Positions 28,014-38,313 are shown, counted from the stretch's first letter. The stretch is 64,000 bases of DNA from Candidatus Hecatella orcuttiae (GCA_002011035.2 MTLY02000001.1:471546-535545); one strand, 5' to 3'. Numbers and translations are program-made. The notes: generated from the letters alone by a model not told the origin.

Positions 28014-29051
28014 TTGACCGTCTTTTTCATGCTTGTCTCGGGGGAACACCGTCACCTACCCAAAGCTGAAGTAGGAGCCATTCTCGAAGCTGAAGGGCTT
28101 CCCTTCCGGATGCTGGAGGATTCCAACCGCCTCCTGAGGCTGGAGGCACCTCCGCCCGCCGGCTTGGCGGTGTCCAAAAGATCTGCCTTCTGCCGCCTCT
28201 GCGGGGTTGAGCTTCTCCACTGCAAAGCCTCCTTGGGGGATATACTTTCCTCCCTCCAAGCTTTAGGGTCGGAAATAGGCCTTAACTCCGGGGAGAGCTT
28301 CGCTGTGCGGGTGTGGAGAACAGGGGACAGTCAAAGCCCTCTTACTGGGTTTGAAGTGGAAAAAGCTGTAGGCCGGGTTCTCCTAACCATGGAAAGAGAC
28401 TTGCGGGTAGATTTAAGGAGGCCTAGGAAGCTTTTTGTGGGAATTCTCTCAGGCAGAAGTTTCACCTTCGGGCTGAGTGTGGACGGAGAGGGGAGAAAAT
28501 ATTTCTCAAGTCGGACCCCCAGAAGGAAGCCTTTTTTCCACCCTTCTTCCCTTCAACCTAAAATAGCCCGATGTATGGTTAACCTTTCTAGGGCTGCGGG
28601 AGGGAAGATCCTCTACGATCCCTTCTGCGGAACAGGCTCCATCCTCATCGAGGCGGGTTTGATGGGTTTGGAAGCCTTAGGAGGGGACTTGCGGAAAAAA
28701 ATGGTGAAGGGAACCAAAGTAAACCTGCAACACTACGGAGTGGAAAACGTCCATCTAACTCTAGCTAACGCCTTAGCCCCGCCCATACGCCAAGTGGACG
28801 CTGTCTCCACCGACCCACCCTACGGCCGAGCAGCCACCACAGCCGGGGTTCCCATTCCTGTTCTCTACCGAAAGTTTCTGGAGGAAATAGGCCTGATTTT
28901 GAAGCCGCAGGGCTACATGTGCATCGCCGCCCCCAGCACCCTCCCCTTGGAAGAGACGGCGGAAGAATACGGCTTCAAAACTGTGGGGAGATATTCCATC
29001 TATGTTCACAGAAGCTTAACCAGAGAGATATACGTCTTAAGGAGGATGTAA
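28014..29051 (+). CDS. THUMP-domain tRNA (guanine-10-N2)-methyltransferase (Trm11/TrmG10)
   Basis: SGEH..LP.AE, PFFHPSSL, DPFCGTGSILIEA, TDPPYG and VHRSLTR motifs. Confidence 0.9.
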   Translation: MTVFFMLVSGEHRHLPKAEVGAILEAEGLPFRMLEDSNRLLRLEAPPPAGLAVSKRSAFCRLCGVELLHCKASLGDILSSLQALGSEIGLNSGESFAVRVWRTGDSQSPLTGFEVEKAVGRVLLTMERDLRVDLRRPRKLFVGILSGRSFTFGLSVDGEGRKYFSSRTPRRKPFFHPSSLQPKIARCMVNLSRAAGGKILYDPFCGTGSILIEAGLMGLEALGGDLRKKMVKGTKVNLQHYGVENVHLTLANALAPPIRQVDAVSTDPPYGRAATTAGVPIPVLYRKFLEEIGLILKPQGYMCIAAPSTLPLEETAEEYGFKTVGRYSIYVHRSLTREIYVLRRM

Positions 29052-29057
29052 ACAGCT

Positions 29058-29957
29058 TTGCTGCTGACATTTCTGGGCACCAGCGCCGGGCTTCCCTCCT
29101 TGGACAGAGGCCTGCCCAGCTTGGTTTTAAAATACGGACGGGAAATCCTGATGTTTGACTGCGGAGAGGGAACCCAACGCCAGATGATGCGGGCTAGGAT
29201 AGGCTTCTCCCGGCCTATGAAAATCTTTGTAACCCACCTCCACGGCGACCACATGCTGGGGATCCCGGGTCTCCTCCAAACCATGTCCCTTCTAGGGAGG
29301 ACTGAAAAAATTCAAGTCTACGGCCCTAAGGGTTTAGCCGATTTTCTGGAAGCCGCCCGAACTCATGTGAAATTTCTGCTCAGGTTTCCTTTGGAAGTCT
29401 TCGAAGTGGAGGAAGGCCTCATCTGCAGGGAAAAAGCCTACAAGGTAACAGCTCGGTGGACTGAACATCAGATCCCCACTCTAGCCTACGCTTTCGAAGA
29501 AAAAGAGAAACCCGGTAAATTCCACCCGGAAAAAGCTCTCAGCCTCGGAGTGCCCAAAGGCCCCCTCTGGCATCGGCTCCAACACGGCAGAAGGGTTCGG
29601 CTGAAGGACGGTCGAACGGTGGAGCCCAGCCAAGTTGTCGGACCTCCTAGAAGAGGGGTGAAAATCGTTTACTCAGGAGACGGTAAGCCTTGCCCCAACG
29701 TCCTGAAGCTGGCTAGGAACGCAGACCTCCTAGTCCACGAATGCACCTTCGACGACAGCCTCAAAGATAAGGCTGAAGCAGAATGGCACAGCACGGCAGG
29801 CCAGGCGGCAGTGCTGGCTTCGAAGGCTAGGGCTAAAAGGCTGATTCTAACCCACATCAGCACCAGATACAGGGATTCCAAGTTGCTCCTAGAACAGGCC
29901 CGAAAAGAATTCTCCCACGTGAAGGTTGCTGAAGATTTCATGCAAATCGAGCTTTAA
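29058..29957 (+). CDS. rnz: Ribonuclease Z
   Basis: FLGTS, FDCGEGTQ, THLHGDH, GP exosite, HECTF, HST and LTHISTRY motifs. Confidence 0.96.
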   Translation: MLLTFLGTSAGLPSLDRGLPSLVLKYGREILMFDCGEGTQRQMMRARIGFSRPMKIFVTHLHGDHMLGIPGLLQTMSLLGRTEKIQVYGPKGLADFLEAARTHVKFLLRFPLEVFEVEEGLICREKAYKVTARWTEHQIPTLAYAFEEKEKPGKFHPEKALSLGVPKGPLWHRLQHGRRVRLKDGRTVEPSQVVGPPRRGVKIVYSGDGKPCPNVLKLARNADLLVHECTFDDSLKDKAEAEWHSTAGQAAVLASKARAKRLILTHISTRYRDSKLLLEQARKEFSHVKVAEDFMQIEL

Positions 29958-29996
29958 CTTATTGGGGCTTTCTAGCTGCAGGTGGCTGTTAAACGC

Positions 29997-30509
29997 TCAC
30001 TCCACGAAGTGGGTGGGTACGTTCTTCATTATTTGGAGGAGGACGTTAACGGTGGTCAGCGACTTGGCTGTGAACGCAGGATTCTTATACATCTGCATGA
30101 GAGGTCTAACCTTAACTTGACGTCGGACAAAGGCGGAGGCAGGGGTCATCTCCCCCAAGAAGATCTTTTTGGTCGTTGCATAACTGCTGATGACGGTGAA
30201 GTTAGGCTTCCTCCCTTCCGGCAGTCCTGTTCCCACCGAGAAATGTGTTACCGTTCCACCGTTAAGCTCAATATAAATGAAAACTCTACCACTCCTGTAT
30301 TGCTCCCTTAAAGCCGCCGGAAGATCCTCGATCACGTAGGCTACCGCGAGGCTGAACTCCGCTGCCAACGACCTAACACTTTCATCGGTGGACTTGGCAT
30401 GCTCGATGGCAGCCACCACCTTTCGTATCCACTCTTCGGAAAGAAAGGTGTATTCAACTTGGTTTAGAACCGTTCCTTTCTGCTGTGGTGACAGGATGGG
30501 TTTGTTCAG
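29997..30509 (-). CDS. SCP2 sterol-binding-like domain protein; start uncertain (CTG 30509 or GTG 30419)
   Basis: FLSEEWI lies in frame upstream of the GTG; SCP2-like PNFTVISSY...GEMTPASAF. Confidence 0.6.
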   Translation of the reverse strand: MNKPILSPQQKGTVLNQVEYTFLSEEWIRKVVAAIEHAKSTDESVRSLAAEFSLAVAYVIEDLPAALREQYRSGRVFIYIELNGGTVTHFSVGTGLPEGRKPNFTVISSYATTKKIFLGEMTPASAFVRRQVKVRPLMQMYKNPAFTAKSLTTVNVLLQIMKNVPTHFVE

Positions 30510-30594
30510 AGAGATCCCCCGGAAATATATAACAGTGTTATAAGTTTATATATTACTTTTTTATAAAGTTTATGGAAACAGGGGAAAATGGAAA

Positions 30595-31089
30595 ATGCCC
30601 AGAATAGACCCTATAGCGGAGGTTAAGGAAGACCACGGTAAGGTCCGGGACCTTTTACTGGACATCATGAGCGCCATCAAGCGACGGGATGTGACAAAGG
30701 CTTTCGAGCTTCTGCTCATCTTGGATAAGCTGGGAGGGCCTCACTTCCGTTTTGAGGAAGAAGTCATGTATCCTGCCATGAAAAGGTTCTACGGCGAAGA
30801 CTACTACCTCCGGCTACTGGAGGAACATGACCGGGTGATAAGGGCTGCTAAGCAGTTGGCCGAAACCTTGGGGAAAGGCTCCATAACCGAAGAAGAGTCG
30901 GAGAGGCTCATAAAACTGATCCAAAATGAGATACTGCCTCATCCCATCACGTGCAGCGGACTGGAAATCCTGATGGAAAAACTCAGCCCCGAAGAGCTGG
31001 AAAAGATAGCGGAAAGCATCGAAGCTGGCAGGGAAGCTGAAGTCCCCCTCCTAGAGTGGGCAGACACCATCAGGGCTAGGAAGGCCTAG
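30595..31089 (+). CDS. Hemerythrin-like domain protein
   Basis: EDH, HFRFEEEVMYP and LEEHD motifs. Confidence 0.8.
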   Translation: MPRIDPIAEVKEDHGKVRDLLLDIMSAIKRRDVTKAFELLLILDKLGGPHFRFEEEVMYPAMKRFYGEDYYLRLLEEHDRVIRAAKQLAETLGKGSITEEESERLIKLIQNEILPHPITCSGLEILMEKLSPEELEKIAESIEAGREAEVPLLEWADTIRARKA

Positions 31090-31094
31090 ACACG

Positions 31095-31511
31095 GTGAGC
31101 AGCGGTAGGGAAAAAGTCGCCCTCATCGTAAACAGCGCCTCCTACGACAGGGTCAGCTACGCTCTGACGATAGCGGTAATGTCGGCGGCTCTCGGCCGGG
31201 AAGTGCTGGTGCTCTTCACCTACGGGGCGCTTAGAAGGTTGAAGAAGGGAAGCACCGATGAAGTTGGGGGGGAAACCGAAGTAACTGTCCGTGAAACCGT
31301 CAAGCAAGGGTTGCAGAAAGGTAGCTTGCAAAAGATCTCCGCTCTGCTGAAAGATTTGAAGCGTTTTGGGGGAAAAGTCTACGCTTGCGTCTCAGCCATG
31401 GCTTTCCACAACCTTACCCGAGAAGAGTTGATCGAAGAAGTCGACCAAGTGTCGGGGATAGCAGCTTTTCTAGAAGCGGCGAAAGACGCTTCCATAATGC
31501 TCTACGTATAA
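31095..31511 (+). CDS. DsrE/DsrF-like family protein
   Basis: ALTIA..AALGREV.VLFT, VYACVSAM and GIAAFLE.A motifs. Confidence 0.8.
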   Translation: MSSGREKVALIVNSASYDRVSYALTIAVMSAALGREVLVLFTYGALRRLKKGSTDEVGGETEVTVRETVKQGLQKGSLQKISALLKDLKRFGGKVYACVSAMAFHNLTREELIEEVDQVSGIAAFLEAAKDASIMLYV

Positions 31512-31607
31512 CCTTGAACCCCAGCCTTCTTTTTCTCTTCTGGTTTAAATCTCGAATGGCCCTCCGTTGAGCCAGCTGACCGTTACCGGTGGATGAGATA
31601 GAAAAGA

Positions 31608-32393
31608 TTAGGGTTTGGATGCTTCCTTTAACTTTAGGAAGCTTCCGTAAGGGTTAAAGATGGACTCAACCATGAAGTAACCGTTGAAACCGAAGGCTTG
31701 AAACTTTTTAACCGTCGGAAGCCAGGAAGTCGTCCCAGCTCCCAGCTCTAGGTGAGCATCTCGGTCACCTCGGTTGTCGTGGAGGTGGACATGGGATATT
31801 CGCTTCTGAAACCTTCGGATGAAAAGCTCCGTTTGGCCTACAATGTTGGAGTGGCCTATGTCTAAGGCAAATCCTAGGCTGGAGCTTTCCATGCTAGAGA
31901 AAAACTCCTGAAAATCCTCCACCCTTGCCAAGACCGCCGGAATGTTCTGAGGCATATTCTCTATGGCATGAGGGAGGCTGAGACTTTCAGCCAGCTTGGA
32001 GATTCGTTCCACGGATTTCAAGTTAACTTCCCAAGCTAGGTTTGGGTAGAAGGAGTCCAAGGCTCCGCGGAAGCCCGGATGGAATATAAACATCTTAGCC
32101 TCCAAGAGTGCAGCTTTAGCAGCGGACTTTTCCACCGCTTTTAAAGAAATATCCAAAAGAGCCGGATTCAGGGATGCGATGTTCAGGTCGCAGAAGGGAG
32201 CGTGCACACAGTATTCGAATCCGTAGGATGCCGCCAGCTCTTTAAGTCTTCTAACAATTTTTTCATCCAACTTCATCTTGTCTTCGTCGACTATTTCCCA
32301 GCCTTTGCAGACTTGGCCGTATTTCTCCATGACGGAAAAACATTTTTCATAGGGTTTTCCCGAAAGAAACAGAGTGGAGAGGCCTATCTTCAA
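31608..32393 (-). CDS. Sugar phosphate isomerase/epimerase (AP endonuclease 2 TIM barrel)
   Basis: HAPFCDLNIAS, FHPG, IENMP, LDIGH and HLHDNRG..DAH motifs. Confidence 0.85.
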   Translation of the reverse strand: MKIGLSTLFLSGKPYEKCFSVMEKYGQVCKGWEIVDEDKMKLDEKIVRRLKELAASYGFEYCVHAPFCDLNIASLNPALLDISLKAVEKSAAKAALLEAKMFIFHPGFRGALDSFYPNLAWEVNLKSVERISKLAESLSLPHAIENMPQNIPAVLARVEDFQEFFSSMESSSLGFALDIGHSNIVGQTELFIRRFQKRISHVHLHDNRGDRDAHLELGAGTTSWLPTVKKFQAFGFNGYFMVESIFNPYGSFLKLKEASKP

Positions 32394-32416
32394 TTCATCA
32401 CCCCTCGGCGCTCATC

Positions 32417-32827
32417 CTAACTTGTCTCTTCAGACGCTCCCCCCGTCAGCCACCGGATGACCTCTTCAGGCTCCCCGCATTCTATCTCCACTTCTATAGG
32501 GCCTAGGGGAGATTCACCCAACGGCTCGCAGAAGGACAAACGTCCTGCGTAAGCCGCCTGCTTGTTCAAGTAAAAAACGACCCTGCCGTTCAGCTTTCCC
32601 TCTCTCATGATCCTCCTCGCAGCGTCTCTGATTCTCTCCTGTTTGAGAATGTTCCGAAATTTGAGAAGAGCTTCTGCCTCACGTGATTCGAAAACTAGGG
32701 TCTCCCCGTCCTTTTCTTGGGGCACCCTCAAGCTTAGGTGGGTGAAGATGTTCTCCACAGCCCTTTTCACTTTGCTTAAATCTTCCGTAGGATGAACTCT
32801 AACCCGGCCTTTAAGGAGAATTTCCAG
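32417..32827 (-). CDS. DUF54/UPF0201 RNA-binding protein; probable CTG start at 32827
   Basis: VHPTED..KVKRAVENIF in frame upstream of the track start; IRDAAR, LNKQAAY.G and SPLGPI. Confidence 0.82.
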   Translation of the reverse strand: MEILLKGRVRVHPTEDLSKVKRAVENIFTHLSLRVPQEKDGETLVFESREAEALLKFRNILKQERIRDAARRIMREGKLNGRVVFYLNKQAAYAGRLSFCEPLGESPLGPIEVEIECGEPEEVIRWLTGGASEETS

Positions 32828-33461
32828 TTTTCATCCGCTCCAAGACTTTCCTCACTTCCGCCTCAAACGCTTCTAGGCTACCCTTGTTCTCTATGGTTAT
32901 GTCCGATAAATTAACCGCCGCTTCTACCCCCACCTGAAGCTCTCTTTCATCCCTCTTTCTCAACGTCTCCCAAGAGAGAGCATTGTCGCTTCTAAGCCTT
33001 TGGGAAAGCCTTTGAAACCTAGCTTGAGAGGGAGCCACTGTGGCTATGAGCTTAAACCCTGGGTAACGCCTCCTGAACTCCTCAACCTCAGCCGGACTTC
33101 TGACTCCGTCGACAAAGACAAAAGGGCTGCCCGCCTTTTCCACAGCTTCCACCGTCAGCTCAGCCAAGATCGCTTCACCTCGCTCTTTTCTCATCTCCAA
33201 CATGAGCCTCCCTAGGTTTTCCGCGGAGGGTTCAAGGCCCCTAGACTGGGCTTCAGCCCTGACAAAATCACCCATGACGATAACGGTATAGCCCAGCTTT
33301 CGAGCCACCTCAGCGGCGGAGGTTTTCCCAGACCCCGGTAAGCCTGTTACCCCCACGACCGTCCTCCGGCTTGTCCCGGAAGATGAAGCCTGTTTCAATT
33401 GTCTTCCCTCGGGCCGAGCCCCCTCAGAACATGATTGCCCGCGATAGTATTTCAATCCCAC
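32811..33461 (-). CDS. Dephospho-CoA-kinase-like P-loop nucleotide kinase (COG0237)
   Basis: GLPGSGKT, MGDFVR, DGVRSPAEV and RDEREL..GV motifs. Confidence 0.8.
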   Translation of the reverse strand: MGLKYYRGQSCSEGARPEGRQLKQASSSGTSRRTVVGVTGLPGSGKTSAAEVARKLGYTVIVMGDFVRAEAQSRGLEPSAENLGRLMLEMRKERGEAILAELTVEAVEKAGSPFVFVDGVRSPAEVEEFRRRYPGFKLIATVAPSQARFQRLSQRLRSDNALSWETLRKRDERELQVGVEAAVNLSDITIENKGSLEAFEAEVRKVLERMKTGNSP

Positions 33462-33559
33462 CGGTATATCAAACGTTCTCTATCCGAATTTTCAGCAAAA
33501 ACTTTTTTGCAGGGAACTATAACTGTTCTTAACGCCCGCTTTCATCTATGGAAGGCTGG

Positions 33560-33688
33560 GGGGCAGTCGTCTAGCTTGGTCTAGGATGAGAAACTCCGCC
33601 AACAAGATCCCAGGGCTGAGGGAGCTAGACCCCGGCGGGGAACCTGGGGCGCTGGAGAGCCGGGGTTCAAATCCCCGCTGCCCCACCA
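33560..33688 (+). tRNA. tRNA-Pro(GGG) with two non-canonical introns (33583-33603 and 33614-33642) and encoded CCA
   Basis: Acceptor GGGGCAG/CTGCCCC; T arm CGGGG-TTCAAAT-CCCCG; after splicing, the anticodon arm is CCAGC-CTGGGGC-GCTGG; both introns fold into BHB-type motifs. Confidence 0.88.
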
Positions 33689-33794
33689 AATTTTGTTGAT
33701 TTATTTAGACTACGCTTACTGATAAGTGAGGGATCACTCAAGGCAATAACTTTAAATCACAATATTTTTCATAGTGTCTTCAGGTGAAAAAAAT

Positions 33795-34430
33795 ATGGAA
33801 AAGATGCCTTTAGTAGTGTCAGCAACATTTTTACTATTGCTGTTGATGGCGCCAATGGCGCAAGCTTCCTCCGGCACAATTGAATTGATAGGGAAGGAAT
33901 GGGATCACGATCCTTTGAAGGTTTACGTTCATGCAGCGCCTAAGTTTGCCGACTATGTTCCTCATGCTATAACAGCGCTGAACGATTGGTCTGAGGGCTT
34001 ACAGGCAGCCAGTGGTAATTATGACGCCTTTAAATTTGAGGTCATCGATTCTCGGAGGGATGCAGATATAATCCTCTCCATACGAGGTGGAGCGTTTGCC
34101 GGTGTTTTGGGGATGACCATTTGGCGGGATGTGGACGGGGACGGCACCTTTGACAAGGTCATGATAACAGTGAAGGTAGGGGCTGGCGATGTTGGATTGG
34201 AGGATTTCAGAAACGTGGTTCGCCATGAAGTGGGTCATGCATTGGGGCTTGGTCATGAAATCACAGACGAACCGGACTTAATGGATCCGACCTACGATGC
34301 TTCAGACGTTGGCAGCGATGTTCTTCCCTCAGCCTTAGACATAGAGGCTCTGTTATACATATATTATGACGATGGCTTCGGTCTACCAAATCTGCCTCCC
34401 GATGAAATACCGTCAAGCTTTTCGCTATAA
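33795..34430 (+). CDS. Secreted matrixin-family zinc metalloprotease
   Basis: Signal peptide, HEVGHALGLGH and Met-turn LMDP. Confidence 0.88.
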   Translation: MEKMPLVVSATFLLLLLMAPMAQASSGTIELIGKEWDHDPLKVYVHAAPKFADYVPHAITALNDWSEGLQAASGNYDAFKFEVIDSRRDADIILSIRGGAFAGVLGMTIWRDVDGDGTFDKVMITVKVGAGDVGLEDFRNVVRHEVGHALGLGHEITDEPDLMDPTYDASDVGSDVLPSALDIEALLYIYYDDGFGLPNLPPDEIPSSFSL

Positions 34431-34594
34431 ACTAGCTGGCATCAGCTTCCTTTTTATTTTCGAGTTTCCCATGGAATCGCTGAGAAATTCTCGCGTGTAA
34501 CTTACCTTTTTCGCCTTAACTCGTAATGGCCCGGGATAGTTATCGCTTTAATCAAGCTGATTAAATATTAAATAGTAAAAAGTTATATAGCGAC

Positions 34595-36211
34595 TTGAAT
34601 CATGATTTTTGGGCTGTGGAAAAATTGACTCTGACTTCCCAGACGCCGGAAGGTGGATTCTATGCAGGTAGAGCGAAACCGGGAGAAACCGTCATCGAGA
34701 TGAGAGGGATTACCAAGCGTTTTCCCGGCGTAGTCGCCAACGACGACATCGACTTCGACGTCAAGGCTGGCGAGATCCACGCTCTTCTGGGTGAAAACGG
34801 AGCTGGGAAGACAACTCTCATGAACATCATGTACGGTCTTCTCCAGCCTGATGAAGGTGAGATCTACGTTCGCGGCCGGAAGGTGGTTATGCGGTCTCCC
34901 AAAGACGCCATCGCCTTAGGCATAGGGATGGTTCACCAGCACTTCATGCTCGTGGAGCCTCATACCGTAACCGAGAATGTCATCCTAGGCCTCAAATCCC
35001 CCAAAGGCATACTGTTAGACTTGGAAGGAGCTAAGAGGCGGATAGAGGAGCTTTCCAAAAAATACGGCCTCAAGGTTGATCCAGACGCTAAGATCTGGCA
35101 GCTCTCGGTGGGGGAAAGGCAGCGTGTGGAAATAATCAAAGCCCTCTACCGGGGAGCGCAAATCCTCATCCTCGACGAACCCACCGCTGTGCTAACGCCG
35201 CCCGAGGTGAAAGAGCTCATGGCCATCATTCGAAGGATGGCGGAGCAGGGGCACGCTGTGGTTCCGTTCATCACCCACAAGCTGCCGGAGGTAATGGCCA
35301 TAAGCGACCGCGTAACCATTCTCCGCCGCGGAAAAGTTGTAGCGAGAATCCGCACCAAGGACGCGCGAGAAAGCGAACTGGCTAGGCACATGGTGGGAAG
35401 GGAAGTCCTCTTCACCATCGAGAAAAACCCCGCTAAGCCCGGTCGAGTCGTCCTAGAAGTCAGAAACCTGAAAGCCTTGAGCGACAGAGGCCTGCCTGCC
35501 TTGAAGAATGTTTCCTTCTCCATCAGGGAGGGAGAGATCCTCGGCGTGGCTGGGGTGGCTGGGAATGGGCAGCGGGAGCTGGCGGAGGTCATCGCGGGTC
35601 TGCGCCGGGCTGTGGCGGGGAGGGTGCTCATCGACGGAAGGGACGTCACCAACCTCCCCCCAAGGGAGATAATCAAGCAGGGCCTAGGCCACATCCCCGA
35701 AGACAGAATGGGAATGGGCCTCATCCTAGACTTCTCCATAGCCGAGAACGCTATCTTAGAAACCCACAGCAGCCCGCCTTTCGCCCGCGGATGGTTTATC
35801 GACCCCCAAGAGGTCGGTAAACATGCGGAGAGGCTGATCAAGGAGTTCAACATCATGGCCCCGAGCAAAGATACGCTGGCAAACCACCTCTCCGGTGGGA
35901 ACTTGCAGAGGCTTATTTTGGCTCGGGAGCTTTCCAGGGAGCCCAAGGTTTTGGTGGCCAACCAGCCGACTCGGGGGTTGGACGTGGGGGCCACCGAGTT
36001 CATCCGTAGGAAGCTTTTGGAGCAGCGGGACAGGGGCGTGGCCATCCTCCTCATCTCCGAGGACCTGGACGAGGTCATGTCCATGAGCGACCGCATCGCC
36101 GTCCTCTACGAGGGCGAAATCATGGGAATCCTCCCCGCGGAGAAAGCCAAAGTGGAGGAGGTAGGGATGATGATGGCTGGCGCTAGAAGGCAGACTGAGT
36201 TTGAAGCTTGA
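34595..36211 (+). CDS. Nucleoside/sugar (CUT2) ABC transporter ATP-binding protein; true start probably downstream
   Basis: GENGAGKTT, GMVHQHFML, LDEPTAVL, LSGGNLQR and QPTRGLDVGA motifs. Confidence 0.93.
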   Translation: MNHDFWAVEKLTLTSQTPEGGFYAGRAKPGETVIEMRGITKRFPGVVANDDIDFDVKAGEIHALLGENGAGKTTLMNIMYGLLQPDEGEIYVRGRKVVMRSPKDAIALGIGMVHQHFMLVEPHTVTENVILGLKSPKGILLDLEGAKRRIEELSKKYGLKVDPDAKIWQLSVGERQRVEIIKALYRGAQILILDEPTAVLTPPEVKELMAIIRRMAEQGHAVVPFITHKLPEVMAISDRVTILRRGKVVARIRTKDARESELARHMVGREVLFTIEKNPAKPGRVVLEVRNLKALSDRGLPALKNVSFSIREGEILGVAGVAGNGQRELAEVIAGLRRAVAGRVLIDGRDVTNLPPREIIKQGLGHIPEDRMGMGLILDFSIAENAILETHSSPPFARGWFIDPQEVGKHAERLIKEFNIMAPSKDTLANHLSGGNLQRLILARELSREPKVLVANQPTRGLDVGATEFIRRKLLEQRDRGVAILLISEDLDEVMSMSDRIAVLYEGEIMGILPAEKAKVEEVGMMMAGARRQTEFEA

Positions 36212-37305
36212 GAAACCTACGCTGGGCGGTTGAGGAAATGGCGCCTTTAAAATTGAAGATGAGAGAGAAGCCTCCTGCCCCCGCAACCAAGGTTCTGTAC
36301 TTGGTTGCAACGTTGACACCGATGTTTCTGATAGTGGCTGTTATAATTTCTATGGTGGGAGCCAACCCTCTGGTTGCCTACCGGGAGCTTTTCACAGCTC
36401 CTTTCAGAAACATCCACAATGTGACCGAGATTCTTGTGACAACCACCCCTCTGCTGCTCATAGCCCTAGGTTTGAGTGTAAGTTTTAGATGTAAGTTCTG
36501 GAACATCGGCGCGGAGGGGCAGCTGTATGCCGGTGCGCTGGCCTCCACAGCCACGGTGCTTCTTCTGAAAGACAGTGCCACACCTTCAGCGGTTTTCATC
36601 CCTCTGCTCTTAGTGGTTGGTTTTTTAGGCGGAGCCGCTTGGGCGACTATTTCTGCGGTGTTGAAGATTAAATTTCAGATCAACGAGATAATCACAACGC
36701 TTTTGTTGAATTTTATCATGTTTTATTTCCTAAGCTTCCTCCTTTACGGGCCTTGGATGGACCCCATCAGCGTCATGCCCCAATCTGAGCTTTTCCCCCC
36801 AGCGGCGAGACTTCCGAAGTTGATTCCGGAAACGAGGCTGCACACAGGCCTCTTCCTCGCCGTTCTGAGCATCCCTCTGGTTTATCTGATTTTGAACAAG
36901 ACTGTCTTAGGCTATCAGATTAGAACCACAGGCAGCAGTCTGAGCGCAGCCCGTTTCGGAGGGATAAACGTGGGCAAGGTCTTTCTGCTGGTTGTAATAA
37001 TAAGCGGAGGCCTCGCCGGCCTCGCTGGGATGGGTGAAGTTTCAGGCATCTACTACCGTCTGAGGGGGGATATCTCCCCCGGATACGGCTACACAGCCAT
37101 TCTGGTGGCTTTGCTTGGGAAAAACCACCCGGGATGGGTGACCTTGGTGGCGTTTCTTTTCGGCGCCCTCTTGGTGGGAGGATACGAGATGCAGGTTGCC
37201 ACAGGGATACCCACGGCTCTGGCGCTGGTCACTCAGCCTTTAATCTTCTTCGGTGTACTCTGCGCTGAGGCTCTCAGCCGTTATGAAGTCAGTTGGAGAA
37301 AGTGA
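36208..37305 (+). CDS. Nucleoside-type ABC permease
   Basis: WNIGAEGQ, NEII.TLLLN and GYGYTAILVALLG motifs. Confidence 0.92.
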   Translation: MRNLRWAVEEMAPLKLKMREKPPAPATKVLYLVATLTPMFLIVAVIISMVGANPLVAYRELFTAPFRNIHNVTEILVTTTPLLLIALGLSVSFRCKFWNIGAEGQLYAGALASTATVLLLKDSATPSAVFIPLLLVVGFLGGAAWATISAVLKIKFQINEIITTLLLNFIMFYFLSFLLYGPWMDPISVMPQSELFPPAARLPKLIPETRLHTGLFLAVLSIPLVYLILNKTVLGYQIRTTGSSLSAARFGGINVGKVFLLVVIISGGLAGLAGMGEVSGIYYRLRGDISPGYGYTAILVALLGKNHPGWVTLVAFLFGALLVGGYEMQVATGIPTALALVTQPLIFFGVLCAEALSRYEVSWRK

Positions 37306-38234
37306 AAATGTCTCTGGAAGTCTTCCTCACAGGCCTCATAGCCGCTGGCTTCCGCATTGCCACACCCATCTTGTTGGCAGCGCTGGGGGAAACCTTCGCT
37401 GAGCGAAGCGGCATCCTCAACCTTGGAATCGAGGGGATGATGATCATGAGCGCCTTCACTTCCTTCTCCGTCACCTACGATACTGGAAACCCTACGCTGG
37501 GATTGTTGGCGGGCTTAATCACCGGGGGAGTGATGGCTTTCATCCACGCTTTCATGTCCATCACCATCAAAGTCGACCAGATTGTCAGCGGGCTTGCGCT
37601 CACCATTCTCGGGCTGGCTCTCTCCACTTTCCTGTTCATAAGCTACTTCAAACGCACCCAGCCGGCTGTGGAAATCTGGGAACCCACCGCCATCCCTGTT
37701 TTAAGCCAGATCCCCATCATCGGGCCGGCCTTGTTTCAGCAGCACGTAATCACCTACTTCGCCATCATCCTATTCATTGTTTCCACATGGTTCCTCTTCG
37801 GTACTACTTGGGGTTTAACCATCAGAACAGTGGGGGAGAACCCGGCTGCCGCGGACACCGTAGGCATAAGGGTGGAGCGCGTGCGCTATCTATGCACCAT
37901 CTTCGGGGGGCTGATGGCCGGCATAGCCGGGGCCTACCTGACGTTGGTGGTCTTCAACTCCTTCTTCGGCGGAATGACTGCTGGGCGTGGATGGATAGCC
38001 ATAGCCGTGGTGATCTTCGGTCGCTGGACTCCTTCTTGGGTTTTCGGAGGGGCCCTCTTCTTCGGCCTTGTGGATTCCTTTCAGCTGAGACTTCAAGCTT
38101 CAGGGATCCCTATCTCCCCACAATTTTCTCTCATGATCCCTTACCTCTTCACTCTCATAGCCCTCATAATAGTGGGTAGAAAACGTTACGCACCGGCAGC
38201 CTTATGTATTCCCTACAGAAGAGGGGAACGATAA
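37293..38234 (+). CDS. Nucleoside-type ABC permease
   Basis: ERSGILNLGIEG, GENPAAAD, GRGWIAIA and PAALCIPY motifs. Confidence 0.92.
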   Translation: MEKVKMSLEVFLTGLIAAGFRIATPILLAALGETFAERSGILNLGIEGMMIMSAFTSFSVTYDTGNPTLGLLAGLITGGVMAFIHAFMSITIKVDQIVSGLALTILGLALSTFLFISYFKRTQPAVEIWEPTAIPVLSQIPIIGPALFQQHVITYFAIILFIVSTWFLFGTTWGLTIRTVGENPAAADTVGIRVERVRYLCTIFGGLMAGIAGAYLTLVVFNSFFGGMTAGRGWIAIAVVIFGRWTPSWVFGGALFFGLVDSFQLRLQASGIPISPQFSLMIPYLFTLIALIIVGRKRYAPAALCIPYRRGER

Positions 38235-38313
38235 ACCCGGCGGCTTGGCATCGCCTAAGCTGCATTCAGCGGGCATGAAAATATTCAGGTATGCCGTTAC
38301 CCCAGTTAAAAGC

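Noticed and set aside
33689-34600. tRNA-Pro as the attachment site of an integrated element carrying the catabolic cluster
   Set aside because: No integrase and no duplicated tRNA 3' end were seen in the window; it cannot be excluded beyond 64 kb.
35146-36319. Long antisense ORFs (e.g. 35146-36096, 38404-39306, 43065-43799) and the alternative-frame ORF 56279-56992
   Set aside because: They fully overlap well-supported genes, carry no recognisable motifs, and are expected in GC-rich coding DNA.
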